From Candidatus Eiseniibacteriota bacterium (GTDB lineage Bacteria; Eisenbacteria; RBG-16-71-46; SZUA-252): 62,552 nucleotides of DNA. The position numbers and the translations under genes were made by a program. The stretch is from contig DASXQO010000116.1 of assembly GCA_036507115.1 (NCBI GenBank), positions 1-62,552 of the forward strand, in the 5' to 3' direction. This document shows, in pieces, positions 36,920 through 46,026 of the stretch. The first letter of the stretch is position 1, and each line of letters opens with the position of its first letter. The notes beneath the pieces were generated by a model. The model saw only the letters and a program-made list of their open reading frames with translations, was not told where the DNA came from and searched no databases.

Positions 36920-38383
36920 CTATTCGTCATCCCCGTCCTCGGGCCGCATGTGGGGGAACAGAATCACGTCCCGGATCGAACGCGAATCGGTGAGAAGCAT
37001 CGCCAGGCGGTCGACGCCGACTCCGACGCCGCCGGTGGGAGGCATCCCCATTTCGAGCGCGCGGAGGTAGTCGGTGTCGAGCATCTGAGCCTCCTCGTCG
37101 CCGCGCTCTCGGAGCCTTCCCTGCTGCTCGAAGGTGCGCCGCTGCTCCAGCGGGTCGTTCTGCTCGGAGAACGCGTTGCCCACCTCCATGCCCGCGATGA
37201 TCAGCTCGAACCGCTCCACCACGTCGGCGTTTCCGCGCTTCGCCTTCGCGAGCGGCGAGATCTCGCGCGGGTGGTCCACGAGAAACGTGGGATTCCGGAG
37301 CTGGGGCTGCACCTTGGTCGAGACGATCTCGTCGAGGATGCGGCCGTACCCGAAGGCGGGGTCGAGCGGGACCCCCGCGCGGCGGGCGAGATCGCGGAGG
37401 GAGCCCTCGTCCGAGGGGAGCTTTTCCACGCCGAGCCCGAGGAGCGCGGCCTCGTGGATCGTGAGGCGGCGCCAGGGAGGCGTGAAATCGATCTCCGAGC
37501 CCTCGAAGGGAACGAGGGTCGTTCCGCGCACGGCCATCACGACGTCGAGAACCATTGCCTGGGTCGTTTCCAGCATCTGCTCGTAGTCCGCGAAGGCCTG
37601 GTAGAACTCGAGCATCGTGAATTCAGGGTTGTGGGTCCGATCCATGCCTTCGTTCCGGAAGTCCTTCGAGATCTCGTAGACGCGCTCGAGCCCTCCCACG
37701 ATGAGCCTCTTCAAATAGAGCTCGTCCGCGATCCGGAGATAGAGATCCATGTCGAGCGCGTGGTGGTGGGTCACGAAGGGCCGGGCCGAGGCACCCCCGT
37801 ACAGCGGCTGGAGCACCGGAGTCTCGACCTCGAGGAATCCCCGGGAATCGAGAAAGGCGCGCAGCGCGCGGATGATCGCCGCGCGCTCGCGGAACACCCG
37901 GCGTACCTCGTCGTTCACGATGAGATCGGTGTAGCGCTGGCGGTAGCGGATCTCGACGTCGGTCAGCCCGTGCCACTTCTCCGGAAGCGGGCGGAGGGAC
38001 TTGGCGAGGAGCTCGAGGCGCTCGGCGCGGATCGTGATCTCCCCCGTCTTCGTGACGAAGACGGGCCCCTCCACGCCGACCCAGTCGCCCAGGTCCAGCT
38101 CCATCGCCCGGGCGAAGGCTTCGGGACCGAGAACGTCCTCGCGAAGGTAGATCTGTTGCGTCCCATCCTTGTCCTTCACGTGCGCGAACGCCGCCTTGCC
38201 GTGTCCCCGTTTGGTCATGAGCCGGCCCGCGTAACGGACCCGCTCTTCCGCCGTTTCGAGCGCCACGTGGTGCTCGCGGATCGCGGCCGAGCCGTGCGTG
38301 ACGTCGAAGCGGTAGGCGTAGGGTTGGATCCCGCGCTGAGCCAGCGCGTCCAGCTTCTCGCGGCGCAAATCTTGGACGGACAC
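36920..38383 (-). CDS. lysS: Lysine--tRNA ligase (class II)
   Basis: 487 aa. It has an OB-fold N-domain, and class II motifs including FRNEGMDRTHNPEFTMLEFYQA and GVGVGVDRLAMLL. The GTG start at 38383 has a GGAG sequence upstream. Confidence 0.9.
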   Translation of the reverse strand: MSVQDLRREKLDALAQRGIQPYAYRFDVTHGSAAIREHHVALETAEERVRYAGRLMTKRGHGKAAFAHVKDKDGTQQIYLREDVLGPEAFARAMELDLGDWVGVEGPVFVTKTGEITIRAERLELLAKSLRPLPEKWHGLTDVEIRYRQRYTDLIVNDEVRRVFRERAAIIRALRAFLDSRGFLEVETPVLQPLYGGASARPFVTHHHALDMDLYLRIADELYLKRLIVGGLERVYEISKDFRNEGMDRTHNPEFTMLEFYQAFADYEQMLETTQAMVLDVVMAVRGTTLVPFEGSEIDFTPPWRRLTIHEAALLGLGVEKLPSDEGSLRDLARRAGVPLDPAFGYGRILDEIVSTKVQPQLRNPTFLVDHPREISPLAKAKRGNADVVERFELIIAGMEVGNAFSEQNDPLEQRRTFEQQGRLRERGDEEAQMLDTDYLRALEMGMPPTGGVGVGVDRLAMLLTDSRSIRDVILFPHMRPEDGDDE

Positions 38384-38456
38384 GATTCTCCGGAGGGTGA
38401 GGACTTCCCGCCGCGTGTGGCGGGCGGGAGATGCCGGTTCGGACGTTGAGCGGGCG

Positions 38457-38486
38457 ATTCTAGAGAAGGCGGGAAACCAAGGTCAA
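38457..38486 (-). promoter_or_regulatory. Sigma70-type promoter for lysS
   Basis: On the minus strand the layout is TTGACC (38486..38481), an 18-nt spacer, then TAGAAT (38462..38457). This leaves a leader of about 65 nt that contains a CCCGCC/GGCGGG hairpin. Confidence 0.55.
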
Positions 38487-38508
38487 GGCTTGTGGCGGCA
38501 AACCTGCC

Positions 38509-40548
38509 TCACCGGCGGGTTCGGACCGGCGACCGCTGCGGCGTCCGTGGAGGCGTCCGCGTAGGCTCCGGGAGGGGGATCAGCGGTTCCTCGGGAACCT
38601 CGGCGATCACGCTCGGCACGCGGCGGGTGCCGCACCCGGGGCAGAACGCCCAGCTCGAGTCGACCCGGCGGTCGCACTTGAGACACGCGGCCGCGATCGT
38701 GTGCCCGCAGTGGGGGCAGTAGTGATACTCCGCGGCCGCGGTCTGGCGGCAGGACGGACAGAGGCGCGCCGCTTCTTCCTCGTAGAAGACCACGCGGCGC
38801 AACTCTTCCAGGCTGGTCTCGCCGGCCATCACCTTCATGAGCCCGTCTTCTCCGATCGGCGTCATGCCGCTCTCAACGGCCGCTGCCCGGATCATCGACT
38901 CCGCCGCTCCGGCGGCGATCAGCCGCCGAAGGGGATCGTCCAGCTCCAAGATTTCGAAGATTCCGGTCCTGCCGCGATAGCCCGTCTGGTTGCAGTACTC
39001 GCACCCGATCGGGCGGAAGAGCCCGACCCCCTGCGCTTCGCGGGTGGTCAACCCCAGCACCCGGAGCTCGTCTCCCACCGGCACGTACTGATCCTTGCAC
39101 TTGGAGCACAGAACCCGGACGAGCCGCATCGAAACGACGCTGATGAGACTCGAGGCCACCATGTAGGGTTGAAGTCCCAGGTCCACGAGCCGGGTGACCG
39201 CCGAGGCCGCGTCGTTGGTGTGCACGGTGGACAAGACCAGGTGCCCCGTAATCGAGGCGCGGAAGGCGATCTGCGCGGTTTCCAGATCCCGGACCTCGCC
39301 GATCATCATGACGTCGGGGTCCTGCCGAAGCATCGCGCGCAGGATCGCGGCAAAGGTCTTCTTGCTCTTCTCGTCCACCTGGACCTGGTTGATGCCGGCG
39401 ATCTGATATTCGATCGGATCCTCGACGGTGAGGATGTTCTTGGTCACGCTGTGGATGTGCTGGAGGAGCGAGTAGAGAAGCGTGCTCTTGCCGCTTCCGG
39501 TCGGCCCGGTGACGGCCACGATTCCCTGGGGCCGCTGCCCGTAGGCGCGGATCCGGCTCAGGGCGGCTTCCGAGAGCCCGAGCGAGTCCAGATGGAGCGC
39601 CGAGCGCTCCTGGTCCACGATGCGGATCACAATCTTCTCGCCGTGCGCCGTCGGCAGGGTCGAGACGCGGAGATCGATTCTCCTGTTGTCGATTTCCACC
39701 CGGAAGCTACCGTCCTGAGGCAGGCGCTTCTCGGCGATGTCGAGCGAGGCCAGGATCTTGATGCGCGATATGAGCGCGCCTTGCGTCCACTTCGGGAGTT
39801 TTTCCAAGTCCTGTAAGAGGCCGTCCACGCGGCACCGGACGCCGACCCATTTCTCCTGGGGCTCGACGTGGATGTCGCTCGCGCGCATCTCGACCGCGCG
39901 CGTGATCACCCAGTTGGCGAGCCGGACGATCGGCGGGCCGGAGCTGACCTTCATTAGCTCTTCGAGGTTCTCCTCCCCCTCCGTCGGAACGATCTCGCGG
40001 ATCTCCTGGATGGGATCGTTCTTGATGATGTTCTCGAGGATTTCAACGACCGAGGCGTCGATGTGGTAGTACTTCGCGATCGCTTCGACGATCTCGGAGG
40101 GGGGCGCGAGCACGGGGCGCACGAAATAGCCGCTCTGGAATTTGATGTCCTCGAGCGCCTGGGCGTTCAGGGGATCCGCCAGGGCCACGCGGATCGTGTT
40201 GCGGTTCTCGAGCTCGAGCGGAATGGCCGTGTACTTCTTGGCGAGGTCCTCGCGCACGAGTGCGATGACCTGCTCATCGATGGCGATGCTCTCGATCTCC
40301 ACGATCGGGAGTCCGAGCTGCTGGTGCAGCACGCGGCAGATGTCCGCCTCGCTGACCATGCCCTGCCGGGCGAGGATGTGCCCGAGCGGCTCCTTGGTCT
40401 GCCGCTGCCGCCGCAGCGCTTCCTTGAGCTGCTGATCGGTGATGAGTCCGGCATCGAGCAGATACTCGCCCAGCTTCTTCCGCGAGACGTTCTCGGACAC
40501 CGATCGGTCCCCCTCGTTGGTGTGGGCGCGGCGGGTGATTCGAGGCAT
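38509..40548 (-). CDS. GspE/PilB-family secretion ATPase with an N-terminal MshEN (c-di-GMP-binding) domain and a C-terminal double zinc ribbon
   Basis: Walker A is VTGPTGSGKST. Asp and His boxes are present, along with the internal tetracysteine CSKC...CEYC. The N-terminus is KLGEYLLDAGLITDQQLKEALRRQ-RQTKE-PLGHILARQGMVSEADICRVLHQQ. The extra 92-aa tail contains CPSC-x10-CPHC and CLKC-x10-CPGC. GTG 40500, preceded by GAGGGGGA, is a likely alternative start. Confidence 0.85.
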   Translation of the reverse strand: MPRITRRAHTNEGDRSVSENVSRKKLGEYLLDAGLITDQQLKEALRRQRQTKEPLGHILARQGMVSEADICRVLHQQLGLPIVEIESIAIDEQVIALVREDLAKKYTAIPLELENRNTIRVALADPLNAQALEDIKFQSGYFVRPVLAPPSEIVEAIAKYYHIDASVVEILENIIKNDPIQEIREIVPTEGEENLEELMKVSSGPPIVRLANWVITRAVEMRASDIHVEPQEKWVGVRCRVDGLLQDLEKLPKWTQGALISRIKILASLDIAEKRLPQDGSFRVEIDNRRIDLRVSTLPTAHGEKIVIRIVDQERSALHLDSLGLSEAALSRIRAYGQRPQGIVAVTGPTGSGKSTLLYSLLQHIHSVTKNILTVEDPIEYQIAGINQVQVDEKSKKTFAAILRAMLRQDPDVMMIGEVRDLETAQIAFRASITGHLVLSTVHTNDAASAVTRLVDLGLQPYMVASSLISVVSMRLVRVLCSKCKDQYVPVGDELRVLGLTTREAQGVGLFRPIGCEYCNQTGYRGRTGIFEILELDDPLRRLIAAGAAESMIRAAAVESGMTPIGEDGLMKVMAGETSLEELRRVVFYEEEAARLCPSCRQTAAAEYHYCPHCGHTIAAACLKCDRRVDSSWAFCPGCGTRRVPSVIAEVPEEPLIPLPEPTRTPPRTPQRSPVRTRR

Positions 40549-40727
40549 TGATCGGCATTCCGCGGGGGAAACTTGAGAGGGGCGGACCCGGCCGGGGGAC
40601 GGCGGCGATCCTCCTTAAGACGGCCCTCGAAGGAGTTACGGGCGGCTCCGAGGGGGCCGGGGTCTTGGAATCCGGCGGCCCTGGTTACCGGCGGCCCTCG
40701 ACCAGCGGGGGTGCCTGGCGGCCTACG

Positions 40728-42188
40728 TTACCGGCGGCCCTCGACGCGGCTCGCCGGGCGCTGCTCCAGGGCGAGCTTGTCGAGCGGCTCCCCGTACCAC
40801 TCGGAGTACTTTCCGTCGAAGCAGGCGTAGCAGTGATCGTCGGGCCGGGAGACGCAGGAGCGGAGCCCCTCCATCGAGAGGTAGCCCAGCGAGTCCACTT
40901 GGAGGTATTTCCGGATCTCCTCGACCGTGTGGGAGGAGGCGATCAGCTCCTTGCGGTTCGGGGTGTCGATCCCGTAGTAACAGGACCACCCGATCGGCGG
41001 GCTCGAGACGCGCAGGTGGATCTCGCGCGCGCCCGCTCCGCGGAGCATCGCCACGAGGCTCCGGCTCGTCGTGCCCCGGACGATCGAATCGTCCACCACC
41101 ACGACCCGCTTCCCTTCCAGGATGCGCCGGACCGCGTTGAATTTGAGGTTCACTCCGAAATCGCGCTTCATCTGCTGCGGCGCGATGAACGTGCGGCCCA
41201 CGTAGTGGTTTCGGATGAGCCCCAGCTCGAAGGGAATCCCCGAGGCCTCCGAGTAGCCGAGCGCAGCGGAGTTGCTCGAGTCGGGCACCGAGATCACCAT
41301 GTCGGCCCCCGCGGGGTGCTCCTCGGCCAGCGTCCTCCCGAGCCTGCGCCGGATCAGGTCGACGCTTTCCCCGAAAACTTCGCTGTCGGGACGGGAGAAA
41401 TAGATCAGCTCGAACACGCACGCGCGCGACGGCTTCGGCGCGAGCGCGGGGTAGGATTTCACGCCCGTCCCGTCGATCACGACCATCTCGCCTGTCGCGA
41501 TCTCGCGCACGAAATCGGCTCCGACCATGTCGAGGGCGCAGGTCTCGCTCGCGAGCACGTGGGCCTCACCGCGCTTCCCGAGACAGAGCGGACGGAATCC
41601 CCTCGGATCGCGGACGCCGATCAGCTTCTCCCCGGCAAGGATCACGAGCGTGAAGGCTCCCTGGCAGCGCGCGAGCGCCTCCGGAATCATCCGCTCGATC
41701 TCAGTCGATTTGGAGCGCGCGATCAAATGCAAGATTACTTCGGTGTCGCTCGTGGTCTGGAAGATCGAGCCCTGCCCCTCGAGCTCGTCCCGGAGCGCAA
41801 GCGCGTTCACGAGATTTCCGTTGTGTGCGAGCGCGAGCATGCCCTCCCGGAAATCGACGACCAGAGGCTGCGCGTTGCGCAAGAGGGTGCTTCCCTGGGT
41901 CGAGTAGCGGTTGTGCCCGATCGCGATGTGCCCCTGGAGCGAGTCGAGGACGTTGCCCGCGAAGACGTCCGACACGAGACCGACCGCCTTGTGGTGGCGG
42001 AACTCGGCGCCGTCGGTCGCGACGATGCCGGCGCTCTCCTGTCCGCGGTGCTGCAGGGCGTAGAGCCCGGCGTAGGTCAGCCGGGCCGCGTTTTCCGCTC
42101 CCCAGATGCCGAAAACGCCGCACTCCTCGTGGAGGCGGTCTTGGTGATGCGAGGGCCCCGGACTCGATGGATGACGTGATTCGCTCAA
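40728..42188 (-). CDS. purF: Amidophosphoribosyltransferase
   Basis: A propeptide precedes the catalytic Cys (ECGVFGIWG). Further matches are the Ntn-glutaminase domain, the PRT motif VVVVDDSIVRGTT and the C-terminal Cys cluster (CYACFDGKY). Confidence 0.9.
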   Translation of the reverse strand: MSESRHPSSPGPSHHQDRLHEECGVFGIWGAENAARLTYAGLYALQHRGQESAGIVATDGAEFRHHKAVGLVSDVFAGNVLDSLQGHIAIGHNRYSTQGSTLLRNAQPLVVDFREGMLALAHNGNLVNALALRDELEGQGSIFQTTSDTEVILHLIARSKSTEIERMIPEALARCQGAFTLVILAGEKLIGVRDPRGFRPLCLGKRGEAHVLASETCALDMVGADFVREIATGEMVVIDGTGVKSYPALAPKPSRACVFELIYFSRPDSEVFGESVDLIRRRLGRTLAEEHPAGADMVISVPDSSNSAALGYSEASGIPFELGLIRNHYVGRTFIAPQQMKRDFGVNLKFNAVRRILEGKRVVVVDDSIVRGTTSRSLVAMLRGAGAREIHLRVSSPPIGWSCYYGIDTPNRKELIASSHTVEEIRKYLQVDSLGYLSMEGLRSCVSRPDDHCYACFDGKYSEWYGEPLDKLALEQRPASRVEGRR

Positions 42189-42201
42189 GGAATCGCTCCG
42201 T

Positions 42202-42801
42202 TCATGCCGCCGCCCGGAAGGCGGGGGCGGGGTCGATCAAGAATCGTTCCACGCGGCTCCACGGAACCGCGCCGGTCAGGATCATCGCCGCTTCCGCGTG
42301 CGGGTTCACGAGCAGGCCGTGCTTCGGATCGCGTAGCTCGCCCAGCACGCCGCTGAAGTAGTCGGGTGCGGATCCCCCGTCCGGCCCGTGCGACCAGAGC
42401 CACCATGCCTTCGCGCGGCGGATCGCCGAGAGCCCCGGCATCGGGTGCTCGCGCAGGAGACGCTCTCGGAGTCCGTCGTCCCGGGTGTCCTCACGCACCC
42501 TGCTCACGATTCCCCATGCGTCCTCGGGAGGAGACCACGACACCCCCCGCTCGGCGGCCGTGAGGAACCGATAGCTCTCCTTGTTCGGGTTCACGAAGAA
42601 ATTGGACTGACGCACCGCTTCTCCCAGGGCGCGCTCGAACGAATCGGCTTTGGCCCCCGGCTCGGGCTCGAACATCAATAATTGCTCCCGCGCGATGCGG
42701 GCAAGCGAATACCCCGGATCGAGGAGGCGCCGTCCCGTTTCCAGAGCGGTCCAGGCCGAAAGGTCCGTGATCTTGAGACGCACGAGCAGCACCGCGCTCA
42801 C
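42202..42801 (-). CDS. purS: PurS-like protein, apparently a tandem duplication of the PurS fold
   Basis: About 199 aa from GTG 42801, which lies 13 nt after the purQ stop. It sits between purQ and purF, where purS is normally found. The first half (LLVRLKITD...FFVNPNKESYRF) and second half (GIVSRVRED...GLLVNPHAEAAMIL) both resemble the PurS pattern V.V.LK......LLANPVIE.Y. Confidence 0.55.
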   Translation of the reverse strand: MSAVLLVRLKITDLSAWTALETGRRLLDPGYSLARIAREQLLMFEPEPGAKADSFERALGEAVRQSNFFVNPNKESYRFLTAAERGVSWSPPEDAWGIVSRVREDTRDDGLRERLLREHPMPGLSAIRRAKAWWLWSHGPDGGSAPDYFSGVLGELRDPKHGLLVNPHAEAAMILTGAVPWSRVERFLIDPAPAFRAAA

Positions 42802-42814
42802 GCGAGGCCCCCGC

Positions 42815-43657
42815 TCACGAACGTGACTCCTGAGCCGCGCGCTGCGTGAGCTTCGAGGCAAACGATTCGAAGAGCGCCCTTCCCGGGCCCGGCCCCTCGA
42901 GCGATTCCCACTGTCCGACCGCGGCCCGCCGCCGCTCGCCCCAGAGGTTCTTGAGCTCGAGCGGCACTTGCCGGAGCCACGTGGCCCGCTCGGGATGCGG
43001 CATGAAGGCGAGTATGTTGCCCGCCCGGTTCGTGATTCCCGCGGCCTGGAGCATGGCGCCGTTGGGATCGAAGGGGAACCGGTCCGCCGGCCCCCCCGAG
43101 GGGGCGACGAAACGGTAGAGGACGAGCCCTTCCCTTTGGATGCGCTCCCGGACCTCCGGATCCGCTGTGACGAAGCGGCCCTCGCCGTGCGCGATCGGCA
43201 TCGGAATCACTTCCCCGGGCCGGGCCGACGCCGCAAACCACGCGCGCCCGGGGCCTTCCTCGGCCCGGAGCCACGCCCAGCGGCAGAGGTACCCTTCGCG
43301 ACGGGGGGCGCGGTTCGGAGCGAGCGCCATTTCCACCTTCCCCGAGTGGAACCCGGGCACGAGCCCCGCCTCCACCAGAACCTGGGCGCCGTTGCAGATG
43401 CCGAGAACCGGTTTCCCCGCTTCCGCCTCCTGCGCGATCCGGTCCACCGCCGGAAGTTTCGCGGCGATCGCGCCGGCACGGATCCTGTCTTGAAATGCGA
43501 ACCCTCCGGGAATCACGAACCCGTCGAACTCGCTCCACACCGAGGCGGGCTCGTTCCAGCGGACAATCCGCGCCGTAAGCCCGACCGCCTCGAGCGCGCG
43601 GCCGGTCTCGTATTCGCAGTTCACCCCGGGAATCTGCACCACCGCGACGCGGGCCAT
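42815..43657 (-). CDS. purQ: Phosphoribosylformylglycinamidine synthase, glutaminase subunit
   Basis: The protein runs MARVAVVQIPGVNCEYE.... The catalytic Cys lies in LGICNGAQVL, and the His/Glu pair in MPHPER. The product is 280 aa, with a C-terminal extension relative to typical PurQ. Confidence 0.9.
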   Translation of the reverse strand: MARVAVVQIPGVNCEYETGRALEAVGLTARIVRWNEPASVWSEFDGFVIPGGFAFQDRIRAGAIAAKLPAVDRIAQEAEAGKPVLGICNGAQVLVEAGLVPGFHSGKVEMALAPNRAPRREGYLCRWAWLRAEEGPGRAWFAASARPGEVIPMPIAHGEGRFVTADPEVRERIQREGLVLYRFVAPSGGPADRFPFDPNGAMLQAAGITNRAGNILAFMPHPERATWLRQVPLELKNLWGERRRAAVGQWESLEGPGPGRALFESFASKLTQRAAQESRS

Positions 43658-43659
43658 GC

Positions 43660-46026
43660 TCACTCCGCGATCGGCTTGAGCGCGTCCGCGTTGAGACGCT
43701 GCAAGCGTTCGAGGTCCATGTCCACCAGCGTGTGCCCTCCGTCCAGGATCCGGAACCGCGGCTCGGCGAGCGTCCGTCCGATCATCGTGGCGTCCACCCC
43801 CCAGCGCTCGAAGAGGCTCAGGAAATCGGTGAGGCGTTCCTTGGTGACCTCGAAGAGAAACCCCGGTGCCTCCGAGTAGAGCCGCGACTCCGAGGGCGTG
43901 CTCCCGAGACCGGAGATCGGGATCTGGAGCCCGATGCCCTGGGACTCGTACCCTCCCAGCGCCATCTCGAGCGCGGCGATCGCAAGCCCTCCCTCGGCGA
44001 TGTCGTGACACGCGAGCGCCAGGCCGCTCCGCACGGCTTCGAGCGCGGCGTAGAGTCGCCGGCGCTCCCGCTCGAAATCGAGCTCGGGAAGCGGCCCGTC
44101 CGTGAGATCGAGAAGCGCGAAGCGCACCTGGGAGGCGCCGAGCCGGTCCTGCCGCGGGCCGCTCAGGACGAGGACGCTCCCCGGACGCTTGATCGCGCGG
44201 GTCGTGGCGAGGCTGAAATCCTCGAGCACCCCGAGGCCGGCCACGATGGGCGAGGGCTCGATCGAGCGGCCCGACGGAGCCTCGTTATAAAAGGAGACGT
44301 TCCCCGAGACGATCGCGATCGGCGGTCCGGCCGGGCCCTCCGGCCCGAGCGCGCGCGCGGCGTCCCCGAGCCCCCGGACACTTCGCACGAAATCCGCGAA
44401 GACCTCGGGATCCTCGGGGTTGCCGAAGTTCAGGCAGTCGGTGAGCGCTGCCGGCGTCGCACCCACCGCGACGAGATTGCGCAGTACCTCGCAGACCACG
44501 TGCGCCGTGCCCCAGTAGGGATCCGCCGCGACCCACCAGGGGTTCCCGTCCACCGTGACGGCACAGCCGAGCTTCGATCCCGGCACGGGTGCCAGAACCG
44601 AGGCGTCCGCCTCCCCCGCGCGGATCACCATCCTCCCCTGAACTTCCGTGTCGTAGTAGCGGAAGATCGGCTCGCGCGAGGCGAGGTTCACGCTCCCCAC
44701 CATGCGCGTGAAGAGCGCCTCCTGGTCGTCGACGGGCGGAAGCGGCGAGGCCTCGGGCCCCTTGGGCCTCGGCCGCTCCGCTCTCTTGTGCTCGATCCCG
44801 GCCGTGATCACCTCCACCGGAGAATCGCACACCGGCTGCCCCGCTTTGAGGATCTGGTAGCGCGTGTCGGTCCGCACCCGCCCGACGACCGCCGCCCGCG
44901 CCCCGTGATAGACCTCGGGGAGCGCGTAGGTCACGTTGTAGAGCTCGAGCACCCGGTCCGCCACCCGCTCGGGGACCACCATCGCGAATCGCTCCTGCGT
45001 CTCGGAGCACGCGAGCACCTCCGGTGGGAGGTCCTCGCGCGCCGCCGGAACGAGGTCCAGATCCACGTCCATACCGAATCCGCCCGCCGCTGCGAGCTCG
45101 GAGGAGGCGCACGCGATCCCTCCCGCGCCCAGATCCTTGAATCCGAACGGAACGCCCTCGACGTGGAGCCAATCCAGCACCGCGCGGTTCGCCTCGAGGA
45201 GCACCCGTTTCAGGAACGGATCCGGCACCTGAACGTGCCCCCGCTGCCCTTCGGCGTTCTCCTCGAGCACGGCGGAGGCGAAGGAGGCGCCGCCGAATCC
45301 GGTCTCGTCGGTGGGTTTCCCGATGAGGATCATCACGTAGGGTTCGCGCCGCGCGGCTTCAGGGACGCGGCTCCGCACCACGCGGTCGGCGCGCACGAGA
45401 CCGAGCGAGACCACGTTCACGAGACAGTTCTCGTCGAAGCGCGAGGAGAAGAAGACGTCGCCGCCCAGGTTCGGCACGCCGAGGGCGTCTCCGTACTGCC
45501 AGATCCCGTCGATCACCCCGCGCACGATCTCACGCACCGGAGCGGAGCGCGGTCCGTCCGGATCGCCGAAGCGGAGCGCGTCCATGACGCCCATCACCTC
45601 GGCGCCCATGCAAGCCACGTCGCGCACGATGCCGCCGATTCCCGTCGCGGCCCCTTCCGTGGGCACGACCTGCGAGGGATGATTGTGGCTCTCGTGCGCG
45701 ATCACGAGCGCGTACTCCACACCCTCGTGCGTTCCGAACCGGACGACGCCGGCGTCCTCTCCGGGGCCGAGGATGACGCGGGGGCTTTCCACCGGAAGAT
45801 GTGCCTTCAGCACCCAGCGGCTGCTCTTGTAGGAGCAGTGCTCGCTCCACATGGTGTCGAAAAGGACCGCCTCCACGCGTGTGGGATCGCGACCGAGGAG
45901 TTTCAACATCCGGCGCGCTTCAGCGGCCGTGAGCCTCAGCCCCTCGCGCGCGAGGAGCGATTCGAGCGCGCGGTCGTCGGCGGCGCCGAGCGGCAGGACG
46001 TGGGCGCTAGCGGCCTGCGGCAACAT
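43660..46026 (-). CDS. purL: Phosphoribosylformylglycinamidine synthase subunit PurL (small PurL type)
   Basis: 788 aa. Matching motifs are WSEHCSYKSS, ESHNHPS, and a duplicated PurM-like domain. Confidence 0.9.
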   Translation of the reverse strand: MLPQAASAHVLPLGAADDRALESLLAREGLRLTAAEARRMLKLLGRDPTRVEAVLFDTMWSEHCSYKSSRWVLKAHLPVESPRVILGPGEDAGVVRFGTHEGVEYALVIAHESHNHPSQVVPTEGAATGIGGIVRDVACMGAEVMGVMDALRFGDPDGPRSAPVREIVRGVIDGIWQYGDALGVPNLGGDVFFSSRFDENCLVNVVSLGLVRADRVVRSRVPEAARREPYVMILIGKPTDETGFGGASFASAVLEENAEGQRGHVQVPDPFLKRVLLEANRAVLDWLHVEGVPFGFKDLGAGGIACASSELAAAGGFGMDVDLDLVPAAREDLPPEVLACSETQERFAMVVPERVADRVLELYNVTYALPEVYHGARAAVVGRVRTDTRYQILKAGQPVCDSPVEVITAGIEHKRAERPRPKGPEASPLPPVDDQEALFTRMVGSVNLASREPIFRYYDTEVQGRMVIRAGEADASVLAPVPGSKLGCAVTVDGNPWWVAADPYWGTAHVVCEVLRNLVAVGATPAALTDCLNFGNPEDPEVFADFVRSVRGLGDAARALGPEGPAGPPIAIVSGNVSFYNEAPSGRSIEPSPIVAGLGVLEDFSLATTRAIKRPGSVLVLSGPRQDRLGASQVRFALLDLTDGPLPELDFERERRRLYAALEAVRSGLALACHDIAEGGLAIAALEMALGGYESQGIGLQIPISGLGSTPSESRLYSEAPGFLFEVTKERLTDFLSLFERWGVDATMIGRTLAEPRFRILDGGHTLVDMDLERLQRLNADALKPIAE

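Noticed and set aside
40702-40716. Sigma54-type promoter candidate upstream of the GspE-like gene (minus strand AGGCACCCCCGCTGG).
   Set aside because: The -24 GGCAC element is present, but the -12 position reads TGG instead of the essential TGC. I did not find a better GG-N10-GC match in other intergenic regions.
40549-40727. c-di-GMP or purine riboswitch in the long leader of the GspE-like gene or flanking the pur genes.
   Set aside because: I could not recognise the conserved GEMM-I/II cores or a purine-riboswitch three-way junction by eye. The pur genes have essentially no upstream non-coding space. A covariance-model scan would be needed to exclude these formally.
40672-40745. Possible CRISPR-like or mobile-element repeat (ccggcggccct / 19-mer copies).
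   Set aside because: There are only two full copies and one partial copy. The repeats are far shorter than CRISPR repeats, no spacer array or cas genes are present, and the 24-nt gap between copies is too small to be an inserted element.
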